Assembly (NCBI GenBank): GCA_019744845.1
Contig: JAIETW010000002.1
Coordinates: forward strand, 69,759 to 133,758
Origin: Patescibacteria group bacterium
GTDB lineage: Bacteria; Patescibacteriota; Minisyncoccia; Phycocordibacterales; Phycocordibacteraceae
DNA: 64,000 nt
Direction: 5' to 3'
Below are positions 19,638 through 30,155 of the stretch, piece by piece. Numbering within the stretch: position 1 is the first letter of the stretch; each line of letters starts with the position of its first letter. The notes beneath the pieces were generated by a model that worked only from the letters and a program-made list of their open reading frames with translations, searched no databases and was not told where the DNA came from. Made by a program: the position numbers and the translations under genes.

Positions 19638-21470
19638 ATGAACTTATCTATGAAAACTTCACACCTCTCAGTTGCTGGGCTCGTGTTTCTCGCCGTTGTG
19701 GCGATCGTGCAGTTCTCTCCGACACAGCTCGCGATGGCGCAGTGTGGCGGGGCGGGGAGCTTCAGTGGATTTAGTGGGCCAAGCTACATCGTGATAGATG
19801 GGATTATGGGTGATGTGTATTACTCGGGGAATATGGGTGGAGGGGTGGAGTGGGATCCAGTATTCCATGCCATGTTTGGAGATACTGTTAATCAACTTCC
19901 TTCAAAAGACTTCTTCAGCTTTCTCTTCCCAGAGAATATCTTTGCGCAGTGTGGGAACATCAACCCTCCTCCCTCATCTCCATCCGTATCGTTGACCGCA
20001 ACCCCCGGATCAATTAATTCTGGAGGAAACTCAGTACTCACCTGGAGCGGACAAAATGTGGTGTCTTGTACGGGGACTGGTTTCTCCACGGGAGGTAATA
20101 CCTCTGGTTCCGTGAACGTATCCCCTGATGACACCACGACCTACAGCATTACGTGTTCCACCACCGGCGGCGGATCAGGGAACTGGGAACTCAGTGACTC
20201 ATACACGACTGATTACTCGTGTCCTTTGTCGAGCGACAGAGTGGATCGTCCACACCGCCATGTCCCAGACTGTCCGACAGGCTCACCTGAAGGAAATGCG
20301 TGTAGCCCAGGTGGCACCAGTTGTAAGGTGAACTATGCGTCGGGGTGTAACGTAATTTCCGATATTTATTCATGTGAGGCAGATGGTGGTGTAGGTCAAA
20401 CAGTCAGTGATACCGCAACCGTTACCGTGAGTGCGTGTACGCCTTCGTACAACTCCTCACGGTGGTACACCGGTGGTACAGAAGTCGCAGTCTCCTCTCT
20501 TGAGATGGGAAATAGCGCAGCTGACTGTCGCACAATAACTCCAGGCAATATTGAGTACACATCCTGGAATCGTCAGGTGCAGTACCAAGACGGAGGTGTT
20601 GCTACGTATGATCCAGTGCGGACCATGTGTTGGTACTACAATGGTGCCACAGGCACGGAAAGCAAGCCAGGACAGAGTCAGGGTGATTGGTACTTCCACT
20701 ACGACTCAGGAAGTACGTGTACAGTTCCGGCAGTACCGCAGTGTTCAAACGGCGCGGACGATGATGGCGACGGGTACGTTGACTATACGGAGGACGGAGG
20801 ATGTGAGGACGGACTTGATGACGATGAAATTGGCGATACGCTGCCGCAGTGTAGCGATGGACAAGATAACAACAGCGCAGGCGGATCAGATTATCCAAAC
20901 GATCCATCATGTACCAGTGCAGATGATGATAGCGAAGATGGAGTGACTGCAGGCGTATCTTGTTCTGTAGATTCTTCATCAGTTAGCGTGGGCGGTACGA
21001 CCACCTATCGTGCAACGGCAAATAATGGCGCAAGCGCACCATTTACTTGGACCCCTTCGGGTCAGACACTTTGTACCGGAGGTGCAAACAACACCTGTAC
21101 CTTCCCAGGCACTGGTCCGTACACCATGTCAGTACGCGCGCAGGGTGCCACGAGCCCTGCCTCGTGTCCGATTGTGACTGCAGGATGTGCAGGCCCAACC
21201 GAAGTCTCTATCACTGCAAATGGAGAAGGGGATGATGTGCGTGTGAAAGATGGGGCTGCGGCGCTCATTGAATGGGAGGTTACGACGGCAGCAGCAAGCT
21301 GTACCGTGACGGAGAACGGTGCACTTCTCACGACGCTTACACCAAACGCATGTAATGCGACTGGACAGATGAGTCGCACGATTAGTACGCAGACTACCTA
21401 CCTTCTCACCTGTGGAAGTGAGACGGACCTAGTGATCGTGAACGTAGATACGAGCCTGCTTGAGTTCTAG
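19638..21470 (+). CDS. Secreted Cys/Thr/Gly-rich surface protein with C-x-[DN]GxDxDGDG repeats and Ig-like domains
   Basis: Signal peptide; QCSNGADDDGDGYVDY; TTTYSITC; ends VIVNVDTSLLEF. Confidence 0.75.
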   Translation: MNLSMKTSHLSVAGLVFLAVVAIVQFSPTQLAMAQCGGAGSFSGFSGPSYIVIDGIMGDVYYSGNMGGGVEWDPVFHAMFGDTVNQLPSKDFFSFLFPENIFAQCGNINPPPSSPSVSLTATPGSINSGGNSVLTWSGQNVVSCTGTGFSTGGNTSGSVNVSPDDTTTYSITCSTTGGGSGNWELSDSYTTDYSCPLSSDRVDRPHRHVPDCPTGSPEGNACSPGGTSCKVNYASGCNVISDIYSCEADGGVGQTVSDTATVTVSACTPSYNSSRWYTGGTEVAVSSLEMGNSAADCRTITPGNIEYTSWNRQVQYQDGGVATYDPVRTMCWYYNGATGTESKPGQSQGDWYFHYDSGSTCTVPAVPQCSNGADDDGDGYVDYTEDGGCEDGLDDDEIGDTLPQCSDGQDNNSAGGSDYPNDPSCTSADDDSEDGVTAGVSCSVDSSSVSVGGTTTYRATANNGASAPFTWTPSGQTLCTGGANNTCTFPGTGPYTMSVRAQGATSPASCPIVTAGCAGPTEVSITANGEGDDVRVKDGAAALIEWEVTTAAASCTVTENGALLTTLTPNACNATGQMSRTISTQTTYLLTCGSETDLVIVNVDTSLLEF

Positions 21471-22483
21471 CGTTCGTACTGAGAGAGTCCCGTACGCAAG
21501 AGTGCGTGCGGGATTTTCTCGTTCTCAAACAGCCATCTGTTCACCGTCTCAACTGCGTCAGCAGGGAGATGCGTCTCAAGAAGAGTAAAGAACATCTGCT
21601 CTGGCTGGTTGTGAAGCGTGGCAAAAAGATCGGCCACCGTTACATCCGCGCCATAGATCTCGAGCAATCCTTCAATCGCGACCATCACGAGTGGTCCAAG
21701 GATGTAATGGTCGTACTCTACTTCTCTGTAGGGAGGCATTGGTTCAGGGTACGCATGGTGGAGCTCATAGAGTGTGGAGAAGCGTGCGTGTCTCCGCTCG
21801 TTTGAAGGGAGTAGGGCAAGTTCAAGCCAACTTGCCTCAAGCTCTTGTATATCGGTACTGGAGAGAGGTGGTTGTTCGGGAAGCGGATAACTAAAGCGAT
21901 TATAGAGATGTCCCACCGCGTGGATGAAGAGCTCTTCTCCTCGTGGATTTTCAGGAGGAAGAATCAAATAACTCACGCGCTCATTGGGGTCTGGATAGAT
22001 ACTTCCTTCCTCAGTGTGAATGAATCCGAGCGCTGCTGTGACTACGACCGTGTGTGCGATTGCTTCTTCATGATCATAGAAGGCACCAATGCGTTCAAAG
22101 GCATGCCGCACCATCGCTTCATAGGCACCAGGATTTTCAATTTCCGTTGGGATAAGAAGAGAGACGGTGTAGGCACTGTCGGAGAAAGTGAGTGTGGTGG
22201 ATGCAAATGCGTCAGTTCGGATCATGACTGCGGTTTGTCCGGGAAGAAACTCAGCCCAGTCCGCGCCCTCCGCTTGAGCGCCTACCGCCATCCAACCCGA
22301 AGGGACGCACACCCGTTCTCCGGCCGTAATTGAGCTCATAAGTACGGTGCTATACCAGGTGCGATAGCCATGAGCACCAGTCTCAGGGCGCGCAGAGGGG
22401 AACGGTTCACAGGAGGAAGGGGATGCGACGACCGTGAAAACGACTCCGAGAAAAAGAACTGCAGGGATCAAAAATACACGCAT
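21467..22483 (-). CDS. Exported gluzincin (M1/M61-like) metallopeptidase homolog with HAxxH
   Basis: LFIHAVGHLYN...ELEASWLE...HYILGPLV; TATACT 7 nt before the ATG. Confidence 0.55.
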   Translation of the reverse strand: MRVFLIPAVLFLGVVFTVVASPSSCEPFPSARPETGAHGYRTWYSTVLMSSITAGERVCVPSGWMAVGAQAEGADWAEFLPGQTAVMIRTDAFASTTLTFSDSAYTVSLLIPTEIENPGAYEAMVRHAFERIGAFYDHEEAIAHTVVVTAALGFIHTEEGSIYPDPNERVSYLILPPENPRGEELFIHAVGHLYNRFSYPLPEQPPLSSTDIQELEASWLELALLPSNERRHARFSTLYELHHAYPEPMPPYREVEYDHYILGPLVMVAIEGLLEIYGADVTVADLFATLHNQPEQMFFTLLETHLPADAVETVNRWLFENEKIPHALLRTGLSQYER

Positions 22484-22555
22484 GGCCTTTAGTATACGCC
22501 CGCTATACACATAGCTTGGCCCTCAGAGAGGGAACAGGCACTACAATAGATACAT

Positions 22556-23551
22556 ATGACGCGAACCCGTATCATCGTGCTCACGGTACTCATTATTATA
22601 ATTCTCGGCGTGCTTGGGTACCTCGGCCTCATGTTCTTTGGTTACCAGCGTGCGGAGAATGCGCTCCCAGAGCAGGGAAGTGAGATATTGTTTGTGGATC
22701 GTGGAGTGGGCGAGCGCTATGTCATGGAAGGCAAGGCACTGGTTCTCGCCATGCCTGAACCACTCCCTGACGGCATTGTCGTTCATGAGAGTGTGCCATC
22801 TCCACTGGTTGCGGGTGAGTCAGTCATTCTTGCGACTGCACCGGGCGTGCCAGGGATGATTGCGGGTATCGCACACACCGATGGTGATGTCACTCTTCTT
22901 GCTGCAGGAGGTACCAGCAAGTCTAATCTCCTTGTGCGTGAGGACGGCCGTGCAATTTTTGTCACGAATCCTTCGGTTGTAATTGAAGAGGCGTCTGCGG
23001 GTGAAGAGGGGGCTGAGGATACGGTGGAAGAGACCGGGTCTGCATCAGAGCCATCCTCTCCCGCACTTGCGGCACAGGCTCCCGCATCTACTCCTTCGCA
23101 GCTCATCTCTGTGCACATTGGCACGGGTACCATCACCGCGCTCGGTGTAGGCCATGGACCGCGCCTACTTGCGGACGGATCAATACTCGCGCTTTCTAAG
23201 CAGGGTGTGGTGAAAATAAATCCAGTGACGGGTGATCGCTCCCTCATCCTTCCGTACGAAAGTACGGATACTCCTGCGGGCGGCATCTCACCATCAGGAA
23301 CAGTGGTGGCGCTTTCAGGTGCTGACGTGGGACAGCTTGAGTTCTATCGCATTAATCCAAGTGGCGCTGCCGCACCAGTGCATCTTGGATTCGTAGAGTT
23401 TGAAGGCGATATTACTCGCGTTGCCTTTACTGATGACGAACATCTCTTCTTGCGCACCAATGTACAAGTCGCACGACTGTACCAGATACCAACCGAATCG
23501 TTGCCAGTTGCGACACCACTGGCGATTCTCTTAGTCGCACAACCTGAATAA
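22556..23551 (+). CDS. Membrane-anchored beta-rich (propeller-like) hypothetical protein, similar to 18670-19635
   Basis: N-terminal TM; GTSKSNLLVREDGRAIF; GVGHGPRLLADG. Confidence 0.6.
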   Translation: MTRTRIIVLTVLIIIILGVLGYLGLMFFGYQRAENALPEQGSEILFVDRGVGERYVMEGKALVLAMPEPLPDGIVVHESVPSPLVAGESVILATAPGVPGMIAGIAHTDGDVTLLAAGGTSKSNLLVREDGRAIFVTNPSVVIEEASAGEEGAEDTVEETGSASEPSSPALAAQAPASTPSQLISVHIGTGTITALGVGHGPRLLADGSILALSKQGVVKINPVTGDRSLILPYESTDTPAGGISPSGTVVALSGADVGQLEFYRINPSGAAAPVHLGFVEFEGDITRVAFTDDEHLFLRTNVQVARLYQIPTESLPVATPLAILLVAQPE

Positions 23552-23562
23552 CATTCTCGCGT

Positions 23563-25755
23563 ATGACACATACATCTCTCATGCAGACAGTTCTAGGGAA
23601 GGCACTAATGGCGAGTGTGCTCTTCGCGGTCCTGCTCACCTTTATTGCTCCAATGACAGCACACGCTATTTTCCGTGAATCCGATCAGGAAGGCGGAGGA
23701 GGGGATTGGGGTGGCGGAGGAGGAGGTGGGGGTGGCGGTACGACCGCTGAGTGTGCCGACGGCGTTGATAACGACGGCAACGGAGTGACCGACTATCCAA
23801 GCGATCTCGGATGTACCAGTTACTCTGACACGACCGAGTCTGGGTATACGGTTGCCACACAATGTGCCGACGGCGTCGATAACGACAGGAACGGACTTAT
23901 AGATACGAACGATCCTGGCTGTTCTTCGGGGTCAGATAGTTCTGAGTCTGGATACACTACGCAATGTTCAGATGGTTCTGACAACGACGGGAACGGATAC
24001 AGAGATATTGGCGACCCAGGATGTTCCTCACTCTCAGACACGTCTGAGTCAGGATACGTTCGCCCACCTGCACCTCCTCCAGGTGTTGAAGTATATAAAA
24101 CACAGAGTAAACGTGACTACTACGTGAAAGTACAGCCAGACCAGCTTGCCAATGGTGGATTAGATGAGACGTCTGCGCACGGCTACCCTACGTATTCAAC
24201 TGGGCAAGCATCGCCAACAGGTAATCGTATTTGTTATCTCTACGATCCAACCGCCTTTATTACCGAGTGGTCGCTCGGAGGATTTAGTTCCCCAGGAAAC
24301 AACAGCATGGCTGCGTGGAATCCCTCAACGGGGAAATGGTACCGGGGGTCTGCAGGCAGCTTCGGCAACCTGCGCTATAACTATTTGACATGTAAGACGA
24401 ACGCAACCCCCGACACGTCACTCACTGCAACTGCAAACGGTACGACAGGGTCAAGCCTCTCCGTTACTTCAGGTACACCGGTTACCCTTACCTGGCTCTC
24501 ACAATGGGGGCAGACTCGTAAAGGAAGCTTCACAGCACAAAACTACAGCCTCACCACAACGACTGCGGGGTATTGGCAAACGGTAACTAATTATATCTGT
24601 GGCTATGATGGTGGAGGCGGTGGAGGAGACTCTGACTTCTTTTACGACTACGTGGCTTCTGGTCCTCAAAACACCCTAACGGCACAAGCGGGTGGTTCTT
24701 GTTGGGAAACCAGCACCGTGTGGGTAGCAGGATCAACAACGTATCGTCCATACGGTGGTACGACGGTCGTCACGCCGACCCAAACGACGACGTATACCTA
24801 CACAGGTACAAATGCGAACGGTTCTTCAAGTGCAAGCGTTACGGTGACCGTAACTGGAGAAGGTACGCTCTCCTCCAGTACATGTTCAGTAGATCCTATT
24901 GTTGCTGGAACAGGAGATAGTGTTACCTGGACGGCAGCGCCAGTTGGTGGCACTGGCACGTATAGCTACGTGTGGTCAGGAACCGACAGTTTGAGTGGTA
25001 CCACACAATCTGTGGTGAAGTCGTATAGCTCAGAAGGCGCGAAGACTGGAAGCGTACAGATCACCTCAGGTACTGAAGTTGCAAATATCAGTTGTACAAC
25101 CAGCCTCACCATCTCTAATGCTCCTGCATGTAATAACGGCGTGGATGATGATGGGGCAGGAGGAGCAGACTATCCTGCCGATCCATCCTGCAACAGTCTC
25201 ACCGATGATTCGGAAGACGGAAACGTAGTAGGCGCATCAGTGTCCTGTACGGTTGACTCTGCAGTCGTGACCGCTGGTACACAGACGACCTATCGGGTAA
25301 CCCCGGCAGGAGGAGCAACTGCACCGTACACATGGACCCCATCAAGTCAGACTGGTTGTACGGGAGGAGCAAATAACACGTGTACCTTTACCAACCCAGG
25401 TCCGTACACAATGTCAGTCCAGGCATCTAATAGTGCACCGGTGTCCTGTCCGGTCGTGACGGTGGGTTGTGTGGGTACTCCTGAAGTGTCCCTTACCGCG
25501 AATGGAGAAGCAGAAGACACTCGTGTAAACGTCGGAGAGGCAGCAACGATTGCATGGGAAGCAGAGGGAATCTCCGCTACCTCTTGTACGCTCTATGAGA
25601 ACGAGGTGGCGATCCAGACGCTGACGCCAAATGCCTGTAACGTGACTGGTTCTGTGGCACGCACGATTGATACCCAGATGGTCTATACCCTCAACTGTGA
25701 TGGGGAGACCTCAACGGTGATCGTGAACATAGACGCGGGTCCTGAGGAGTTCTAG
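23563..25755 (+). CDS. Secreted Cys/Thr/Gly-rich surface protein, paralog of 19638-21470, with PKD-like segment
   Basis: Three CxDGxDNDxNG repeats; GGTGTYSYVWSG; ends VIVNIDAGPEEF. Confidence 0.75.
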   Translation: MTHTSLMQTVLGKALMASVLFAVLLTFIAPMTAHAIFRESDQEGGGGDWGGGGGGGGGGTTAECADGVDNDGNGVTDYPSDLGCTSYSDTTESGYTVATQCADGVDNDRNGLIDTNDPGCSSGSDSSESGYTTQCSDGSDNDGNGYRDIGDPGCSSLSDTSESGYVRPPAPPPGVEVYKTQSKRDYYVKVQPDQLANGGLDETSAHGYPTYSTGQASPTGNRICYLYDPTAFITEWSLGGFSSPGNNSMAAWNPSTGKWYRGSAGSFGNLRYNYLTCKTNATPDTSLTATANGTTGSSLSVTSGTPVTLTWLSQWGQTRKGSFTAQNYSLTTTTAGYWQTVTNYICGYDGGGGGGDSDFFYDYVASGPQNTLTAQAGGSCWETSTVWVAGSTTYRPYGGTTVVTPTQTTTYTYTGTNANGSSSASVTVTVTGEGTLSSSTCSVDPIVAGTGDSVTWTAAPVGGTGTYSYVWSGTDSLSGTTQSVVKSYSSEGAKTGSVQITSGTEVANISCTTSLTISNAPACNNGVDDDGAGGADYPADPSCNSLTDDSEDGNVVGASVSCTVDSAVVTAGTQTTYRVTPAGGATAPYTWTPSSQTGCTGGANNTCTFTNPGPYTMSVQASNSAPVSCPVVTVGCVGTPEVSLTANGEAEDTRVNVGEAATIAWEAEGISATSCTLYENEVAIQTLTPNACNVTGSVARTIDTQMVYTLNCDGETSTVIVNIDAGPEEF
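23749..24057 (+). repeat. Three tandem intragenic ~33-35 aa Cys/Asp repeats (putative Ca2+-binding)
   Basis: ECADGVDNDGNG...ESGY / QCADGVDNDRNG...ESGY / QCSDGSDNDGNG...ESGY. Confidence 0.8.
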
Positions 25756-25797
25756 GCAATTGCATAGCCCTCTGGTGCGTGGTAAAGTGCCCGGATT

Positions 25798-26046
25798 ATG
25801 AAGGCAGACATTCATCCAGCAGACTACCGTACCGTCCTTTTTGAGGATATCTCCTCTGGTGCTCAGTTCCTTATCGGGTCTACGATCCGCACTGATGAGA
25901 CTGGTACCTACGAAGGGAAGGAGTACCCAAAGGTATTGATTGAAATCTCCTCAAAGTCCCATCCGTTCTACACTGGTGAGGATCGCACCCTTGATAAGAC
26001 CGGTCGCGTGGAGAAGTTCAAGCAGCGCGCACTCAAGAAGAAATAA
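25798..26046 (+). CDS. rpmE2: 50S ribosomal protein L31 type B
   Basis: MKADIHP, EISSKSHPFYTG, GRVEKF; no Cys. Confidence 0.93.
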   Translation: MKADIHPADYRTVLFEDISSGAQFLIGSTIRTDETGTYEGKEYPKVLIEISSKSHPFYTGEDRTLDKTGRVEKFKQRALKKK

Positions 26047-26057
26047 CGACGTTCATG

Positions 26058-26082
26058 AAAAGCCCCGCTCCGCGGGGTTTTT
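26058..26082 (+). terminator. Rho-independent terminator
   Basis: ccccgc-tcc-gcgggg followed by a T run. Confidence 0.75.
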
Positions 26083-26099
26083 CGCGTTATCATTGATCC

Positions 26100-27050
26100 A
26101 TGGAATATTCGTCCGAATTTAAAAAGAACTTTGCCACCGCCTATCTTGCGGAGGAGTATGAACGCCTTGAAGAAGAGCGCCTGTCTTCCGTTGAGGCTGC
26201 AGGCACCGATCCTGATCTCATTGCCATGGCCGCAGAGGATGAGACTCGCATACGCCTACGTCAGGAAGAAATACTTGGTGACATAGAGCGCATTTTGAGT
26301 AAAGAGAAGGAGGAAGAAGCGAAACCGAAGGCAGTGGTACTTGAGTTTCGTGCCGCCGCAGGAGGGGACGAAGCGACGCTCTTTGCAAGCGAGCTTAAGG
26401 ATATGTACCTCAAGTATGCAGAGGGCAAAGGATGGAAGGTGCGCCTTATAGACGAGCTCACGATTGAGATTGCGGGGGAGCAGGCATATGATGCGCTCCG
26501 CTACGAGACTGGGGTGCACCGCGTTCAGCGCGTCCCTCTTACCGAAAAGTCAGGTCGTATTCACACCTCCACTGCATCGGTGGCCGTACTCCCGATACGC
26601 ACCAAGCCGAAGTTTGAGATCAATCCTGCAGATATTGAAATGGAGTTCTCTCGTTCAGGTGGGGCAGGAGGTCAGAACGTGAACAAGGTGGAATCTGCGG
26701 TTCGTCTCATTCATAAGCCGACGGGTATTGATGTGCGGTCTACCAGCGAACGAAGTCAGATTGCCAACCGCGAAAAGGCGATGCAGATCCTCTCTGCGAA
26801 GTTGGATAGCCTATACGAAGAAGAAGAGGCAAAGAAACACGCCGCAGAGCGTAAGGATCAGATTGGGACAGGGAGTCGGTCTGAAAAAATACGCACCTAC
26901 AACTATCTTCAGGACCGTATTACCGATCACCGCATCAAGGAATCCTGGCATAACCTTCCTAAGATCCTGCTTGGGGGTCTGGACCCTATTGTGGAGACCC
27001 TACAGGAGCGGGCAGCGGCAGGAGGGATAGGAGCGGCCGAGGAGGATTGA
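26100..27050 (+). CDS. prfA: Peptide chain release factor 1
   Basis: [18 protein letters not shown] (PxT motif), GGQ, RTYNY. Confidence 0.93.
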   Translation: MEYSSEFKKNFATAYLAEEYERLEEERLSSVEAAGTDPDLIAMAAEDETRIRLRQEEILGDIERILSKEKEEEAKPKAVVLEFRAAAGGDEATLFASELKDMYLKYAEGKGWKVRLIDELTIEIAGEQAYDALRYETGVHRVQRVPLTEKSGRIHTSTASVAVLPIRTKPKFEINPADIEMEFSRSGGAGGQNVNKVESAVRLIHKPTGIDVRSTSERSQIANREKAMQILSAKLDSLYEEEEAKKHAAERKDQIGTGSRSEKIRTYNYLQDRITDHRIKESWHNLPKILLGGLDPIVETLQERAAAGGIGAAEED

Positions 27051-27091
27051 ACCCCAGAACAAGGCATGGTAGACTCCTCCCTAATTGGCAT

Positions 27092-27793
27092 ATGACAGCA
27101 ACTGACCTCAAAGGCCCAGGTGTGGACCGTCTGTTTTCTACAGGCGCTCATTTTGCGCAGCTTAAGAGCCGCCGCCATCCATCTATGAAGAAGTTCATCG
27201 TGGGTATGAAGTCTCGTGTAGAGATCTTTGACCTCGCAAAGACTGATGAGCAGCTTGCAGCTGCAAAGGAGGCAATTGCCGCGATGGCCCGCGATGGAAA
27301 GGTGGTTATGTTTGTCGGAGGGAAGCGTGAGGTATCTGAGGCCGTTCGTCGTGTCGGAGAGCGCCTGAACGTTCCGTACGTAGACGGCCGCTGGCTCGGA
27401 GGCACTATCTCTAACTTCGTAGAGATCAAGAAGCGTATTGAGCGCCTTGCTGACCTTCTTGGAAAGCGTGAGAGTGGTGAGCTTGCAAAGCTTCACACCA
27501 AGCTTGAGCGTGTGTTTATTGACCGCGAGATCGCACGTCTTGATGAGCGCCTCCACGGCATTGCAGAGCTTCAGAAGCGTCCTGACGCCATGGTTGTTGT
27601 AGACACTCGCCAGGAGGCATACGCAGTGAAGGAGGCCCGTGCCGTTGGCATTCCCGTCATCGGTATCATGAGCTCTGACTGTGATGTGGCTGATGCGACC
27701 TTCCCAATCGTTACTAACGATGCGTCTCGTGCAACAGTAGGCCTTGTGCTTGATGAGCTTGCATCCGCATACGAGGCAGGCAAGAAGGCGTAA
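27092..27793 (+). CDS. rpsB: 30S ribosomal protein S2
   Basis: GAHF, RWLGGTISNF, AVKEA, TND. Confidence 0.93.
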   Translation: MTATDLKGPGVDRLFSTGAHFAQLKSRRHPSMKKFIVGMKSRVEIFDLAKTDEQLAAAKEAIAAMARDGKVVMFVGGKREVSEAVRRVGERLNVPYVDGRWLGGTISNFVEIKKRIERLADLLGKRESGELAKLHTKLERVFIDREIARLDERLHGIAELQKRPDAMVVVDTRQEAYAVKEARAVGIPVIGIMSSDCDVADATFPIVTNDASRATVGLVLDELASAYEAGKKA

Positions 27794-27831
27794 CTACGCC
27801 TTCGTTCTGTTCGCTTTAACCTTTTCTTTTT

Positions 27832-28413
27832 ATGGATATATCTACTGACGTACTTAAAACTCTCCGTGATAAGACCGGCGTTTCGGTCATGCAGTGCAAG
27901 AAGGCACTTGAAGAGGCAGGCGGTGATGTAGATAAGGCAGAAGTGATTCTTCGTAAGAAGAGCGGTGCCGCTGCAGAGAAGAAGGGAGATCGTGAGCTCG
28001 GTGCTGGCTGGATTGGTTCCTACGTACACGACGGAACCATTGGCGCCATGGTGCTTCTTTCTTCAGAGACTGACTTCGTCGCAAAGAACGAGGAATTTGG
28101 CGCACTCGCACGCGAAATCGCGATGCAGGTTGCGGCAGGAAACCCTACCTATCTTTCTGATAGCGAGATTCCTCAGGATGCAAAGGACGCCGCCAATGCA
28201 GTCTTTATGACTGAGCTTGAAGGGAAGCCAGAGGAAATGAAGGCAAAGATTCTTGAAGGAAAGCTTGCCGCATACTTCCAGAGCCAGGTGCTGTTGAATC
28301 AGCTCTATATCAAGGACGACAGCAAGACCATCAAGGATCTGTTGTCTGAGGCCACACAGAAGTTTGGAGAGCGTATTGAAGTCTCTAAGTTTGCGCGCTT
28401 CTCCGCCCGCTAA
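27832..28413 (+). CDS. tsf: Elongation factor Ts (short form)
   Basis: LRDKTGVSVMQCKKAL, ETDFVA. Confidence 0.95.
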   Translation: MDISTDVLKTLRDKTGVSVMQCKKALEEAGGDVDKAEVILRKKSGAAAEKKGDRELGAGWIGSYVHDGTIGAMVLLSSETDFVAKNEEFGALAREIAMQVAAGNPTYLSDSEIPQDAKDAANAVFMTELEGKPEEMKAKILEGKLAAYFQSQVLLNQLYIKDDSKTIKDLLSEATQKFGERIEVSKFARFSAR

Positions 28414-28417
28414 TTAA

Positions 28418-28834
28418 ATGATCTACCTCGCGATATTCGTCATCGCGCTCGTGCTGTTCTTTGGGTTCCTTTTCTTGACCAGTGTAGAACAGAAGAAGGG
28501 AGCTCGCGTGTTGTCAGGAATACGCAGTGCACTTGATGCGCGCGTTGCTCGGGCGACCGGAGTGGTTGCACACGTAGACTTCAGTGCCTTCATGTGGAAT
28601 CTTTCTAAGGATGTAGCGGGACGTGTGGTACATGATATTGCGCACATCTCACTCATTGCAGTGCGTTCGCTTGAACGTCTGCTCACGCGGCTCGTGCGCT
28701 TTATCCGCAGTCGGGTGCACGCACCACAGACCGTGGAAGGGAAGCGCTCTGCATTCGTAGAAACGATCACCTACTTCAAGAAAACACTCCGTCGCTCCAA
28801 GGAGACGACAGAACAGGAAGAACGTGTAAAATAG
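28418..28834 (+). CDS. Hypothetical membrane-anchored protein
   Basis: N-terminal TM, basic helical remainder. Confidence 0.65.
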   Translation: MIYLAIFVIALVLFFGFLFLTSVEQKKGARVLSGIRSALDARVARATGVVAHVDFSAFMWNLSKDVAGRVVHDIAHISLIAVRSLERLLTRLVRFIRSRVHAPQTVEGKRSAFVETITYFKKTLRRSKETTEQEERVK

Positions 28835-28842
28835 GGCACATT

Positions 28843-28918
28843 GCCGAGATAGCTCAGTTGGTAGAGCAACGCACTTGTAATGCGTAGGTCGCGAGTTCGA
28901 ATCTCGCTCTCGGCTCCA
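28843..28918 (+). tRNA. tRNA-Thr(TGT)
   Basis: GCCGAGA acceptor stem, anticodon loop CTTGTAA, TTCGAAT T-loop, encoded CCA. Confidence 0.96.
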
Positions 28919-28923
28919 AAGGA

Positions 28924-29415
28924 TTAGGTGCCACGCATTGAAACGGTCAGCACGAGAAGTGCGAATACAAGGAAGACGAGACTCGTGGTAAGGATGAGAA
29001 ATAGGAGCCGCTTTGGTTGGAGAGACATGGGTTCAATAGTGATGGAAGACGTTAGACGATGTGCGACAAGGCGTCCAAGTAAGGTACCCATCGCTACACC
29101 TGCACCCACAAGTGCAAGGACTCTTGTCCCTATTTCAGAGGCGCCCAGGAAAGGACCGAGGAGTGCGAGGAGCTCAAGCACGACAAGTATAACGACAACG
29201 AGAGGAATGTTGTCTCCAAAGGAGCGGAGCATTCGTGCGCGGGCATAAAGGAAATATCCGAGCGTGGCACAGAAAAGAAAGAGGAGTAGCTCATATTGCG
29301 TACGAGTATTTATTGCAACAATTGCGACTGCAAGTGCAGTAGTGAGGTATGTGTGTGTACCTACGTGAACCAGCACGGATTTCACCTCTTTTATTTGCGA
29401 AGACAAATCACCCAT
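28924..29415 (-). CDS. Hypothetical multi-pass membrane protein
   Basis: About 5 hydrophobic segments; TATACT 6 nt before the ATG. Confidence 0.6.
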   Translation of the reverse strand: MGDLSSQIKEVKSVLVHVGTHTYLTTALAVAIVAINTRTQYELLLFLFCATLGYFLYARARMLRSFGDNIPLVVVILVVLELLALLGPFLGASEIGTRVLALVGAGVAMGTLLGRLVAHRLTSSITIEPMSLQPKRLLFLILTTSLVFLVFALLVLTVSMRGT

Positions 29416-29462
29416 AGATCTAGTATACGTCTCACGTGGACTCACCTAGTAAACGTTGTTTA

Positions 29463-30149
29463 CTACTCATCAGATGTTGAAGTTGCGGTTGAGCTTGCAG
29501 GAACAAGGAGTCCTTCAGGGAAGGAATCTTCAAGGTCCTCAAGGGTCGTGAAGCCGTATGCGCGGGTGCCCTGGATCACGAATGCAGGAAGTTCTGCGTT
29601 TACCTTCTCTACCGCGATAAGGGTCTTGAGTGCCGCGAGGTCTAGGTTGTAGTCAAAGGAGTACACACGAAGGTCAGGGTACGTCTGACGAAGGTAGGAG
29701 AGGGCGTAGCCGGCACGATCACAGTCCTCACACTGTCCTGGGACGTTGCTGTAGAAGTAGAGAGCAACCACTGGTTCAAGATCACAAGTGCGGGCAAGGC
29801 GCTTGGTGAGAAGGTAGTCGCGAATCTGAAGAAGGGTGTAGCGTTCCTTAAGGCGAAGCACTTCAGGGTCGGTCGCGCCAAGGCGCTCCTCAGCAAAGGC
29901 AAGACGGTCACCAAGACCTCCAAGCTCAGTGGTGAATGCATTGCTGCCTTCAAGGCCTTCACATGGCGCTTCTGCAAGCAGTGCGTACTGCGTTTCAATA
30001 GAAAGGGTGTCGGTGGCAAGCTGGTCTTCAATGGCGCGAAGTTCAGCCACGCGCTGCTCGTTCAAGAAGTTTACTGCGTACAAGACGGTCGCAATGATGG
30101 CGACGGTAATGAGAAGTGCGATGAGTGCATTACGAAGGTAGAAAGGCAT
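29463..30149 (-). CDS. Membrane-anchored protein with C-terminal thioredoxin-like CxxC domain
   Basis: N-terminal TM; LYFYSN...CEDCDRAGYAL...VYSFD. Confidence 0.65.
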   Translation of the reverse strand: MPFYLRNALIALLITVAIIATVLYAVNFLNEQRVAELRAIEDQLATDTLSIETQYALLAEAPCEGLEGSNAFTTELGGLGDRLAFAEERLGATDPEVLRLKERYTLLQIRDYLLTKRLARTCDLEPVVALYFYSNVPGQCEDCDRAGYALSYLRQTYPDLRVYSFDYNLDLAALKTLIAVEKVNAELPAFVIQGTRAYGFTTLEDLEDSFPEGLLVPASSTATSTSDE

Positions 30150-30155
30150 GAAGGA

